A stretch of 48,806 bases of DNA from Candidatus Methylomirabilota bacterium (lineage in GTDB: Bacteria; Methylomirabilota; Methylomirabilia; Rokubacteriales; CSP1-6). Below the pieces are notes generated by a model. The model saw only the letters and a list, made by a program, of their open reading frames with translations, had not been told where the DNA came from and ran no database searches. Positions 17,600 through 25,514 of the stretch are shown here, one piece after another. How positions within the stretch are numbered: the stretch's first letter is position 1; each line of letters starts with the position of its first letter. Location of the stretch: the NCBI GenBank assembly GCA_035455085.1, contig DATIFV010000163.1, positions 1 through 48,806 of the forward strand. Reading direction: 5' to 3'. Position numbers and translations under genes: made by a program.

Positions 17600-17617
17600 G
17601 TATGACGCGGCTCATAG
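17600..17617. promoter_or_regulatory. palindrome gTATGACGCGGcTCATAG, putative Crp/Fnr-type operator upstream of nirK
   Basis: Same 7-N4-7 motif with a mismatch at the outermost position and one inside the right arm. Centre ~130 nt upstream of the nirK ATG. CATCCT lies 21 nt downstream. Confidence 0.5.
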
Positions 17618-17685
17618 GCTGGATGACGGGGTGCGGGGCGGTGGCGCCTCACGGTGAGGCACCGTCTCCGCGCAGGAGATGCGGG

Positions 17686-17973
17686 CTAGGGGCGGGGGTC
17701 CAGGGCGATGCGGTCGGGGGTCCAGGGCGGCTCGAAGGTGATGGCCACCTCGACGGCCTCGACACCCGGGATCCGCGCGACCGCCTGCCGCACCCACCCG
17801 GCCATGGAGTCGTGGAGAGGGCAGCCCGGCGCGGTCAGGGTCATGGTGACCTGCACGCGGCCGCCGTCGATCTGCACGCCGTAGATCAGCCCGAGATCCA
17901 CGATGGACATCCCGAGCTCGGGATCGAAGACGTCCCGGAGCGCCTGCGTGACCTGCCCGTGGGTGACGCTCAC
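17686..17973 (-). CDS. DUF59 (SufT/MIP18-like) metal-sulfur cluster assembly factor
   Basis: The GTG overlaps the radical SAM stop (GTGA). DPELGMSIVDLGLIY...LTAPGCPLHD...PPWTPDRI. Confidence 0.8.
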   Translation of the reverse strand: MSVTHGQVTQALRDVFDPELGMSIVDLGLIYGVQIDGGRVQVTMTLTAPGCPLHDSMAGWVRQAVARIPGVEAVEVAITFEPPWTPDRIALDPRP

Positions 17974-19115
17974 GCGTGGACCTCCCGCACGACGGGCTCG
18001 TGGGCGCACCCCGGATCCTCCGCCAGCGGGTTTCCGGTGAGCGCGTAGGCCCGCGCGCGGCTGCCCCCGCAGCGCTCGCGCCACTCGCAGCGCCCGCAGC
18101 GGCCCCCGAGCCGCGCCGGATCGCGCAGGGCCACGAAGAGCGGGTGCTCCCGGTAGACCGCGACGAGGTCGTCTCGCCGGACATTGCCGACCGGCAGCGG
18201 CAGGAACCCGCTCGGGCAGATGTCGCCGCGATGGTCCACGAAGACGAAGCCGTTGCCATCGGTGACCGCGCGCCCGGCGCGCATGCTTGGCCGCCCGCCG
18301 GATGTCCGAGACGGTTGTCCGCCGCTGGGGGAGTGCGGGGGCCATGTCTGGGCCCCCGCAGCTGAAGAGCTTGAAGAAGTAAACCAGTCTGCCCTCGCCG
18401 CCTCCGCGAGGACACGGTGGTAATGCGGGGCCTCCGTCGTCTTGATCCCGAAGGGGACGCGGCCCTGGAGGTCGGCCGCCCAGTGCAGCGCCTCCTCGAT
18501 CTCGCCGGCGGTGAGGCCCTGGTCGACCTGGGCGCGCCCTACCGGGATGAGGAAGAAGAGCGCCCAGAGGAGCACGCCGAAGCCGGTCACCTGGTTCACC
18601 AGTGCGGGCAGCTCCTTCACGGTCTGGCGGCAGACGGTCGTGTTGACCTGCAGCCCGAGCCCGAGCGCCCGCGCCCGCTCGATGATCCGGAGGGTGTAAC
18701 GGTGGGAGCCCCGCACGCCCCGGAAGGCGTCGTGGGTCTCCGGCCCGGCGCCGTCGAGGCTCACCGCGAGGCGGGCCAGCCCCGCATCCCGCAGGGCGCG
18801 GAGCTTGCCCTCGGTCACGGCGGCGGTTGCGCTCGGGGTCAGCGACACCATCAGGCCCCGGCGCGTGCCGTGCGCGACCAGCTCGGCGATGTCGGGACGC
18901 CGCAGCGGGTCTCCACCGGTCAGGACCACGAGCGGCGGCGGATCGCCGAAGGCGGCGATGCGGTCGAGCAGCGCCTTGCCCTCGTCGGTGGTGAGCTCGC
19001 CCGGATCGCGGCGCGGGATGGCCGCGGCCCGGCAGTGCACGCAGGCCAGCGCGCACGCCCGCGTCGTCTCCCAGATCGCGATGAAGGGGCTCCACGCGAA
19101 CACCGATGTCTCCAT
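17970..19115 (-). CDS. radical SAM/SPASM enzyme, NirJ/AhbD-like
   Basis: WETTRACALACVHCRA (CxxxCxxC), LTGGDPLRRPD, and a C-terminal SPASM Cys cluster CGRCEWRERCGGSRARAY. The ATG at 19115 lies 1 nt after the upstream stop. An alternative GTG start is at 19124. Confidence 0.85.
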   Translation of the reverse strand: METSVFAWSPFIAIWETTRACALACVHCRAAAIPRRDPGELTTDEGKALLDRIAAFGDPPPLVVLTGGDPLRRPDIAELVAHGTRRGLMVSLTPSATAAVTEGKLRALRDAGLARLAVSLDGAGPETHDAFRGVRGSHRYTLRIIERARALGLGLQVNTTVCRQTVKELPALVNQVTGFGVLLWALFFLIPVGRAQVDQGLTAGEIEEALHWAADLQGRVPFGIKTTEAPHYHRVLAEAARADWFTSSSSSAAGAQTWPPHSPSGGQPSRTSGGRPSMRAGRAVTDGNGFVFVDHRGDICPSGFLPLPVGNVRRDDLVAVYREHPLFVALRDPARLGGRCGRCEWRERCGGSRARAYALTGNPLAEDPGCAHEPVVREVHA

Positions 19116-19116
19116 G

Positions 19117-20430
19117 TCACCCACGCGCCGCCAGCGTGTGTCCCGCCTCCTCGCGGGTCGGTCGTCCGCCAGCCGAGAGCCGCCTCAGCACCCGCGCGAG
19201 CGCTCCCGCGAACGCGAGCGCGCCCAGCGCGAGCACGCCGCCGGCCATGCGGATCAGGACGGCGTCGCCGACGAGGACGGTGACGGCCAGCAGCGCCGTT
19301 CCGCCGGTGAGCAGCACGTAGGCCAGCCCCTCCGCCCGCGGCCAGGAGATCTGCGCCAAGGTCGGCACCGGCTCGCGGCCCGCGCGCGGGCTGTACGCGC
19401 GGTACCAGACCAGGAACGGGACGATCTTGAGCATCATCCCGGCGATGGTGAGGGAGACCCAGCCGCCCAGCGTCACGACGGCGTAGGCGAGCGCCACGCG
19501 GGGCCCGCCGAGGAGATCCGCGGCCATCGCCACCCCGAGAACGGCGGCGGGGGCGAGGAACGCGGCGGCGGTGAGGACGAAGCGGAGCCCCCAGTCGAGA
19601 CCGGGCCGCTTTCGCCGCCACGCCATCTCTGCCATCCAGGCCGCGTGGGCTCCCGCTGCCACCGCCACCGCGAGCGCGCCGATCACGAGGAGCCCCGGCA
19701 CCCCGAGGAGGCCCAGCACCACCGCCGGCCCGCCGGCCACGAGGCCCCAGAGCTGCAGGGCGGAGTGCGCCGGCCGGGGCGCGGGGGCGAGGAAGAACAT
19801 CGGATACACGCGTGCGGACACGGCGGCGATCATCGGCGCCACCCAGCCGAGGAGGGCCAGCTGCACGTGAGCGTGCAGGGTCGGGAAGAGCTCCCCCGGG
19901 AGGAACGGCCAGATGCGGTTGACCGCCAGGGCCAGGCCGAACACGGTCGTCAGGGCGAGCCCGCCGTAGCCGACCACGACGAGCCGCGCGGTGAACGTCC
20001 AGCGGTCGAAGCCCTGCAGGCTCATCCCGACGTTGACCAGGTGCGCGACGATGCCCACCGCCAGCATCCCCGCCGCGGACGCCAGCCCGGGCCAGGTGCC
20101 CAGGTAGAAGTGGGCGACCATGCCGATCACCGCGACCGCCAGGACGGCGAGCTCCCAGCGGGCGAGCCGCTCGCTCCAGATCGGCCGCTCGAGCACGATC
20201 GGGACGAGCTGGTAGCTGGCGCCCAGGATCGCGATCGTGATCCAGCCGAGCGTGACGGTGTGGGTGAGCGCGAGCAGTCGCGGGTGGTAGTAGTGGCCTG
20301 CCAGCTCGGGGCCGAGCCAGGTCACCCCGAGCGCGGCCGTCAGGAAGGCCGCCGCGGAGCAGACCAGGTAGGCCAGCGGGACGAGGGGCGAGGGGCCGCT
20401 TCCGGGCCGCGGCGGCACCGGCATGCTCAT
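19117..20430 (-). CDS. polytopic (about 12 TM) His-motif membrane protein, NnrS-like
   Basis: 437 aa. ATGA overlap with the upstream gene. Repeated module LTHTVTLGW...ASYQLVP / TLHAHVQLALLGW...ARVYPMF. The family assignment is from memory of the NnrS HAHE motif and is not verified. Confidence 0.6.
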   Translation of the reverse strand: MSMPVPPRPGSGPSPLVPLAYLVCSAAAFLTAALGVTWLGPELAGHYYHPRLLALTHTVTLGWITIAILGASYQLVPIVLERPIWSERLARWELAVLAVAVIGMVAHFYLGTWPGLASAAGMLAVGIVAHLVNVGMSLQGFDRWTFTARLVVVGYGGLALTTVFGLALAVNRIWPFLPGELFPTLHAHVQLALLGWVAPMIAAVSARVYPMFFLAPAPRPAHSALQLWGLVAGGPAVVLGLLGVPGLLVIGALAVAVAAGAHAAWMAEMAWRRKRPGLDWGLRFVLTAAAFLAPAAVLGVAMAADLLGGPRVALAYAVVTLGGWVSLTIAGMMLKIVPFLVWYRAYSPRAGREPVPTLAQISWPRAEGLAYVLLTGGTALLAVTVLVGDAVLIRMAGGVLALGALAFAGALARVLRRLSAGGRPTREEAGHTLAARG

Positions 20431-21269
20431 GCCGGGCCCCTGCGGATGAGGATGCGCACCAGTCCCGGCTCCGGCTCGTCGGTCTGGTGGACGAAGCCGC
20501 GCTCGTCGAGCTGCGGGTAGAGGAACATCGGGCGGCGCTCGTGGCGGACCTCGAGCTCCGAGCCCGGCTCGAGCCGGTCGATTGCCTCCAGCACCCGCAC
20601 CATGGGCTGCGGCGGCTCGAGCCCCCGCACGTCCAGCACGGTGCGCCCGCGCGGGGCGGGCGCGGGCGGCGCCGCCGGCTCTGCGCGCGGAGCGGCGGCG
20701 GCGCGGTAGAAGGCGACGGACCAGTCGTCGTCGGCGCGGCGCTCCGTCCAGTGCGCGAAGCCGCGCTTGGCCAGCACGTCGTAGAGCGGGATGGGCTCGA
20801 AGGGCGCGCGGAGTACCAGCGCCTGGTCGGCGTTCAGCGCCTTGACCGCGGCCATGATGCGCGGGAACGGCTCCCGGCCCAGGCGGATGTCCTCGCGCAC
20901 GTCGACGTGGACTTGGCGGGCCTCCGGCACGTCGACGAGCGCGCGCGGCGGCCCACCCTCACCCCGGCCCTCTCCCTCGAAGGGGGCCGTCCCGCCTCTC
21001 GCCTCGGGGGAGACGGCAGGGTGAGGGGGCCCAGGGTGAGGGGCTTCCGGCGACGCCTCCCCCACCGCCTGCCGCAGCACGGCCAGGAGCTCGTCCACCG
21101 GAACGCCGGCCATGCCGGCGGCCTCGGCGACGGTCACGCGCGGCGCCATGACCCCCCGGAGCAGCGGGTTCCGGAGCTGGCCGAAGTGCGGGTGGTAGCC
21201 GGCCAGCACCTCGACCAGCTCCGGATGCTCGTCGAGCAGCCGGGCCACCGTGACGTCGCCCGAGATCAT
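20427..21269 (-). CDS. DUF1858 + two DUF2249 domains protein
   Basis: Starts at the ATG at 21269 (MISGDVTVARLLDEHPELVEVL). Two SirA/TusA-like repeats (VHVDVREDIRLGREPF...; VLDVRGLEPPQPMVRVLEAI...). The linker is encoded by REP-like repeats. Confidence 0.75.
   Translation of the reverse strand: MISGDVTVARLLDEHPELVEVLAGYHPHFGQLRNPLLRGVMAPRVTVAEAAGMAGVPVDELLAVLRQAVGEASPEAPHPGPPHPAVSPEARGGTAPFEGEGRGEGGPPRALVDVPEARQVHVDVREDIRLGREPFPRIMAAVKALNADQALVLRAPFEPIPLYDVLAKRGFAHWTERRADDDWSVAFYRAAAAPRAEPAAPPAPAPRGRTVLDVRGLEPPQPMVRVLEAIDRLEPGSELEVRHERRPMFLYPQLDERGFVHQTDEPEPGLVRILIRRGPA
20952..21043. repeat. REP-like element copies B1/B2 (head-to-head) inside the DUF1858/DUF2249 coding sequence
   Basis: CCACCCTCACCCCGGCCCTCTCCCTCGAAGGGGG (reverse orientation), then CCGCCTCTCGCCTCGGGGGAGACGGCAGGGTGAGGGGG plus an extra CCCAGGGTGAGGGG. 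Confidence 0.65.
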
Positions 21270-21340
21270 GCGGGGGTCTTTCCCTCGAGCGCGCCGAGCA
21301 GGGTGACGGCGACCGGGGCGTCGCTGCACTCGTGAGCCAT
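21266..21340 (-). CDS. 24-codon upstream ORF (MAHECSDAPVAVTLLGALEGKTPA) coupled to the DUF1858 gene; not in ORF track
   Basis: ATG at 21340 with GAGGAGG 6 nt upstream. Its TGA overlaps the ATG at 21269 (ATGA). Confidence 0.45.
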   Translation of the reverse strand: MAHECSDAPVAVTLLGALEGKTPA

Positions 21341-21385
21341 GTCGATCCTCCTCGCTGCCACCCTAGCGCCGGATCGTCGGGCTCC

Positions 21386-21403
21386 CTATGACGTCGGTCA
21401 TAG
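21386..21403. promoter_or_regulatory. palindrome CTATGACGTCGGTCATAG, putative Crp/Fnr-type operator of the DUF1858 operon
   Basis: Perfect 7-N4-7 palindrome. TAGGGT lies 20 nt downstream on the - strand, followed by the RBS of the upstream ORF. Confidence 0.6.
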
Positions 21404-21419
21404 CGAGCCGGCCCGGAGG

Positions 21420-21887
21420 CTACGGAAGGGGGTGGACGCTCAGGATGATCGCGTCGATGCGATCGAGGGCCGGGTACGCGGCGATCACCCTGACGAAGTA
21501 GCCGTCGAGGTTGTGCCACCCCCGGCTGTCGCGCCTCACCAGATCGGCCCGCGGCCGGGCCGGCAGGTTGACGGCCTCGAGCGCGGCTTCGTAGGTGCGC
21601 GGGGCGAGGGCGGCGTCGGGGAAGGCGATCACCGCGGTGGTGCTCTGCTCGGCCTCGAAGTCGATGTCGATCCGCACCCCGCGCCCGTCGTACGTGCGCG
21701 AGGTGCCGCCCGCGGGTAGCTGGAAGTCCCCCGGGGCCACCGCGCTGGTGCGCACCGGCTGTCCCAGGACCGCCCGGACCGCCGCCGGCGACTGCTGGAG
21801 GATCGTCGACGGATCCAGCATCCCGCCCGCGACTGCCGGCGATCCCGGGGTCAGGGTCAGCCACCCAAGCACCAGCAGCCCTGCCAC
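21420..21887 (-). CDS. small secreted hypothetical protein
   Basis: GTG at 21887 preceded by AGGAGG with 6-nt spacing. Signal-like VAGLLVLGWLTLTPGSPAVAGG. The upstream part of ORF 21420..22133 is Arg/Pro junk. Confidence 0.55.
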   Translation of the reverse strand: MAGLLVLGWLTLTPGSPAVAGGMLDPSTILQQSPAAVRAVLGQPVRTSAVAPGDFQLPAGGTSRTYDGRGVRIDIDFEAEQSTTAVIAFPDAALAPRTYEAALEAVNLPARPRADLVRRDSRGWHNLDGYFVRVIAAYPALDRIDAIILSVHPLP

Positions 21888-22077
21888 CGGGGCCCTCCTG
21901 CGCTCGTGTGCCGGAATCGCTCGATCCTCTTGGGGCCTCGCGTTTGCACGTGGAGTGCCAGCCCCGAAGTGCCGGGAAACCGGATACTTCGGTGATCCCC
22001 GGTCCGCTCGACATGGGGCACGCGGGCCGCACCGCGGCCCCCGCGCGCCCCGCAGGCCCCGTGCTATCCTGCCGCCG

Positions 22078-22779
22078 ATGCCTGCCAAGGAGCTCGCCGC
22101 TTTCCTGGGCCGGAACCCGGTGTTCGCGGGCATTCCGGCGCGCGAGATCGAGTCGCTGGCGCGCGTGGCGCTGGAGGAGGCGCATCGGGCGCGCGCCTAC
22201 GTCTTCATGGAGGGTGACGCCGCGCGCTGGTTCTACGTGGTGCGATCGGGTCACGTCAAGATCGTGCGCCATTCCAAGACCGGCAAGGACGTGGTGCTCG
22301 AGCTGCTGGGGCCCGGCGAGGTCTTCGGGGGGGTGGCGGTGATCGAGCGACGCCCGTATCCGGCGAGCGCGCAGGCCACCGAGCCCACGGTGGTGCTGAA
22401 GGTCCCGGCGGATCCGGTGATCGCGCTCGCCGAGCGGCACCCGACGTTCATCAAGGAGATGGCGCTGATGATCGGCCGGCGCCTGCGCGCCGCGCACGAC
22501 TCCGTCGCCTCGCTCGCGGTGGATCCGGTCGAGGCCCGCCTCGCCGCGACCTTGCTCCGGCTGGCGACGCGCGAGGGGACCAAGAGCGACCGGGGCGTGA
22601 CCCTGCCGTTTCATCTCACCCGGCAGAGCCTGGCCGACATGACCGGCACCACCGTGGAGAGCGCGATCCGGATCCTGAGCCGCTGGCTCCGGGACGGCCT
22701 GCTCGCGGAGGACGGAGGCCGCCTCGTCCTCGCCGACTGGGAAGGATTGCGGGCGCTGACCGAGGGCGAGGTCGACTAG
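22078..22779 (+). CDS. Crp/Fnr-family transcriptional regulator without any Cys
   Basis: ATG at 22078 inside ORF 21595..22779. cNMP-like beta-barrel (FMEGDAARWFYVVRSGHVKI) and HTH LTRQSLADMTGTTVESAIRILSRW. Confidence 0.88.
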   Translation: MPAKELAAFLGRNPVFAGIPAREIESLARVALEEAHRARAYVFMEGDAARWFYVVRSGHVKIVRHSKTGKDVVLELLGPGEVFGGVAVIERRPYPASAQATEPTVVLKVPADPVIALAERHPTFIKEMALMIGRRLRAAHDSVASLAVDPVEARLAATLLRLATREGTKSDRGVTLPFHLTRQSLADMTGTTVESAIRILSRWLRDGLLAEDGGRLVLADWEGLRALTEGEVD

Positions 22780-22780
22780 G

Positions 22781-23224
22781 ATGACTCCGCTCATCCGGCG
22801 CTACATCAAGACGAGCTTCCTCTTCCTGCTCGTCGGGCTCCTGCTCGGGGCCTACATCGTGGTCGGCCAGTTCGTCCTCGAGGAGTACCCGCCCCGTCTG
22901 CTCGTCACGGCCCACGCCCACCTGCTGCTGGTCGGCTTCATGCTGATGATGGTCATGGGGGTCGCCACCTGGATGTTCCCGCGCCCGGCGCGCGACGACA
23001 CCCGGTACCGGCCCGAGCTGGCCGAGGCGGTCTACTGGGTGATGACGACCGCCACCGCGCTGCGGGCGGCGGCCGAGATCAGCGTGGGGCTCGCCGGGAT
23101 GCTCGGACTGCGGTGGCTCATCGCGCTGGGCGGGCTGGGGCAGCTGGCCGGGACCGCGCTCTTCGTGCTGAACATGTGGCGGCGCGTGCGCATGCCGCCC
23201 GCGGCGGCGCCCCCCGCCCGCTGA
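22781..23224 (+). CDS. 4-TM His-motif membrane protein, single-module paralogue of the 12-TM protein
   Basis: The ATG lies 1 nt after the crp-family stop. PPRLLVTAHAHLLLVGFMLMMVMGVATWMFP parallels HPRLLALTHTVTLGWITIAILGASYQLVP of the 437-aa protein. Confidence 0.7.
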   Translation: MTPLIRRYIKTSFLFLLVGLLLGAYIVVGQFVLEEYPPRLLVTAHAHLLLVGFMLMMVMGVATWMFPRPARDDTRYRPELAEAVYWVMTTATALRAAAEISVGLAGMLGLRWLIALGGLGQLAGTALFVLNMWRRVRMPPAAAPPAR

Positions 23225-23234
23225 AGGGAGCGGC

Positions 23235-25484
23235 CTAGTTTGCGGCCAGGCTCGCCACCAGGGTGGTCAGCTCGGCGGGATCCACCGGCTTCGGTATGTG
23301 CATGGTGAAGCCGGCCGAGATCGCGCGGAGACGATCCTCGCGCCTGCCGTAGGCGGTCAGCGCGATCGCGGGAGTCCGGCCGCCGCGGGCCGGCTCGAGC
23401 GCGCGGATCCGGCGGATGAGCCCGTAGCCGTCCTCATCGGGCATCTCGATGTCGGAGACCAGCACGTCGGGCGGCCGGGCCTGGAACTGCTCGAAGGCCC
23501 TCGGCGCGGAGGTCGAAGTCTCCACTACGGCGCCCGCCCGTCCCAGGATCTCCGCGATCAGACCGAGACCATCTGCATCGTCGTCGGCGACCAGGACCCG
23601 GAGCCCGTCGAGGCGGACGAGGGGCGCGGCGACCGGCAGGCGACCCGCGGACGGATGCTCGCGCTCGACCGAGCCGGCGAGAACCAGCGCGACGTTGACG
23701 GGCAGGGTCACGGTGAAGGTCGCGCCCTTGCCCACCCCGCGGCTGGCCGCCCTCACGGTGCCGCCGTGCAGCTCGACCAGCTGCTTGACGAGCGTCAGCC
23801 CGAGGCCCAGCCCGCCATGGGTCCGGGTGCTGGAGTTGTCTCCCTGCCGGAAGCGATCGAAGACGAACGGCAGCAGATCCGGGGCGATCCCGGATCCGGT
23901 GTCGCTGACGACGATCTCCACGTGCGAGTTGATCCGCTGCAGGTGCACCTGGACGCGCCCGTTTCGGGGAGTGAACTTCACCGCGTTGCTCAGCAGGTTC
24001 CACACCACCTGCTGCAGGCGGTTGGGATCGCCGGTGATCGGACCGGCCCGTGGATCGAGCACGGTCTCGAGGTGGATGCTCTTGGCCGCGGCGGCCGGGC
24101 GGGTCGCGTCGAGAGCCGCCTCGACGACGGGAGCCAGGTCCATGCTCTGAACGTCGAGTCGGAGCTTGCCGGCCGTGATGCGGCTCACGTCGAGCAGGTC
24201 GTCGATCAGCTGGACCTGGGCGTTCGCATTCCGCATGATCGCGTCCACCGCCTTGGTGAAGGCGGCCTGGTCCAGCCCGCCCGACTGCAGCATCGCGGCC
24301 CACCCGTACACCGCGTTGAGCGGCGTCCGCAGCTCGTGCGACAGGGTGGTCAGGAACTCGTCCTTCGCCCGATTGCCGGCTTCGGCCTGCGACCGGGCCG
24401 CCCGCTCCCGGACCAGGAGCTGGTCCCGGTCCCGCTGGATCCGCTTCTGTTCCGTGATGTCGCGGGCGATCTTCGAGGCGCCGACGGCCCGGCCGGCCGC
24501 GTTCCGGATCGGCGAGACCGTGAGAGAGATGTCGATCGGATGCCCGTCCTTGTGCACGCGCACGGTCTCGAAATGGTGCACGGTCTGCCCGGCGCGGATG
24601 CGCGCGAGGACCGTGTCCTCCTCCGATCGGCGCTCCGGCGGGATGATCATGGTGATGTGCCGACCGATCGCCTCATCGGACCGGTATCCGAAGATCCGCT
24701 CCGCACCGGGGTTCCACGACATGATGGTCCCGTCGAGGTCCTTGCTGATGATCGCATCGTCGGACGACGTCACGATCGCGGCGAGGCGGGCCGAGAGGTG
24801 CTCGTCCCGCTTTCTCGCCGAGATGTCCTCGAAGTAGACCGCCAGTCCCTCGGAAGAGGGGAACATCCGGAGCTCGAGCCACGCCGCCTGCGACGGCTGG
24901 TAGAGCTCGACGCGGGTAGGAGCGCGGTCCGCGGCCGCGCGCCGCGCTTCATGCTCGAAGGCGGTGCCCACCAGATCCGGCATGATGTCCCAGATCCGCC
25001 GGCCGATCAGCTCGCGCCGGGGCCGCCGGGCCAGCCGCGCCGCCTCCTCGTTGAGGAACCGATAGCGCCAGTCGCGGTCGAGCACCGCGAAGCCGTCGCT
25101 GATGCTCTCCACGATGGTGGTGAGGTGGCGCTCGCGACGATGGACGAGTTCGCTCAGCACGCTGATCGTGACGCCGACGAACAGGAACAGGGCCATCGAG
25201 ACCCCGGGACCCACGCCCTCGATCCAGAACGTGTGGATCGGGGCGATCCAGAAATAGGTGGCGATGAGGCCACAGAGCGCGGTGGCCAGGAGCCCGGGAC
25301 CGAGGCCCCCGAACCATGCCGCGCCCATGATGGCAGGAGTCAGGGTCAGGTAGGGAAACGTCAGGACCCAGAGCGAGTCCAGGGCCATGCGCACCAGGAC
25401 GGCCGCGGTCACGCAGAGGACCGCGACACCGAATCGCGCCGCGAAGCGGGGTCCCGCGGCACCCATGCCCAAAGATTGTAACAC
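23235..25484 (-). CDS. hybrid sensor histidine kinase/response regulator (membrane DUF4118-like, PAS x2, HisKA, HATPase, REC)
   Basis: H-box SHELRTPLNAV, G-box DTGSGI and GLGLGL. C-terminal receiver domain DVLVSDIEMPDEDG...HIPKP. Confidence 0.88.
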   Translation of the reverse strand: MLQSLGMGAAGPRFAARFGVAVLCVTAAVLVRMALDSLWVLTFPYLTLTPAIMGAAWFGGLGPGLLATALCGLIATYFWIAPIHTFWIEGVGPGVSMALFLFVGVTISVLSELVHRRERHLTTIVESISDGFAVLDRDWRYRFLNEEAARLARRPRRELIGRRIWDIMPDLVGTAFEHEARRAAADRAPTRVELYQPSQAAWLELRMFPSSEGLAVYFEDISARKRDEHLSARLAAIVTSSDDAIISKDLDGTIMSWNPGAERIFGYRSDEAIGRHITMIIPPERRSEEDTVLARIRAGQTVHHFETVRVHKDGHPIDISLTVSPIRNAAGRAVGASKIARDITEQKRIQRDRDQLLVRERAARSQAEAGNRAKDEFLTTLSHELRTPLNAVYGWAAMLQSGGLDQAAFTKAVDAIMRNANAQVQLIDDLLDVSRITAGKLRLDVQSMDLAPVVEAALDATRPAAAAKSIHLETVLDPRAGPITGDPNRLQQVVWNLLSNAVKFTPRNGRVQVHLQRINSHVEIVVSDTGSGIAPDLLPFVFDRFRQGDNSSTRTHGGLGLGLTLVKQLVELHGGTVRAASRGVGKGATFTVTLPVNVALVLAGSVEREHPSAGRLPVAAPLVRLDGLRVLVADDDADGLGLIAEILGRAGAVVETSTSAPRAFEQFQARPPDVLVSDIEMPDEDGYGLIRRIRALEPARGGRTPAIALTAYGRREDRLRAISAGFTMHIPKPVDPAELTTLVASLAAN

Positions 25485-25514
25485 GCGGGCGCGCCCGATA
25501 GACTGGCCCCCGCC

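Noticed and set aside
17646-17660. Palindrome GCCTCAC-G-GTGAGGC just after the DUF59 stop, read as an intrinsic terminator.
   Set aside because: The effective stem is only 5 bp once a viable loop is allowed, and no T-tract follows on the coding strand.
21888-22077. Imperfect inverted repeats (CCGAAGT-N15-ACTTCGG; GGATAC..GTGATCC) in the divergent region upstream of the Crp/Fnr gene, read as autoregulatory operators.
   Set aside because: They bear no resemblance to the CTATGAC-N4-GTCATAG motif, and short GC-rich inverted repeats are expected by chance here.
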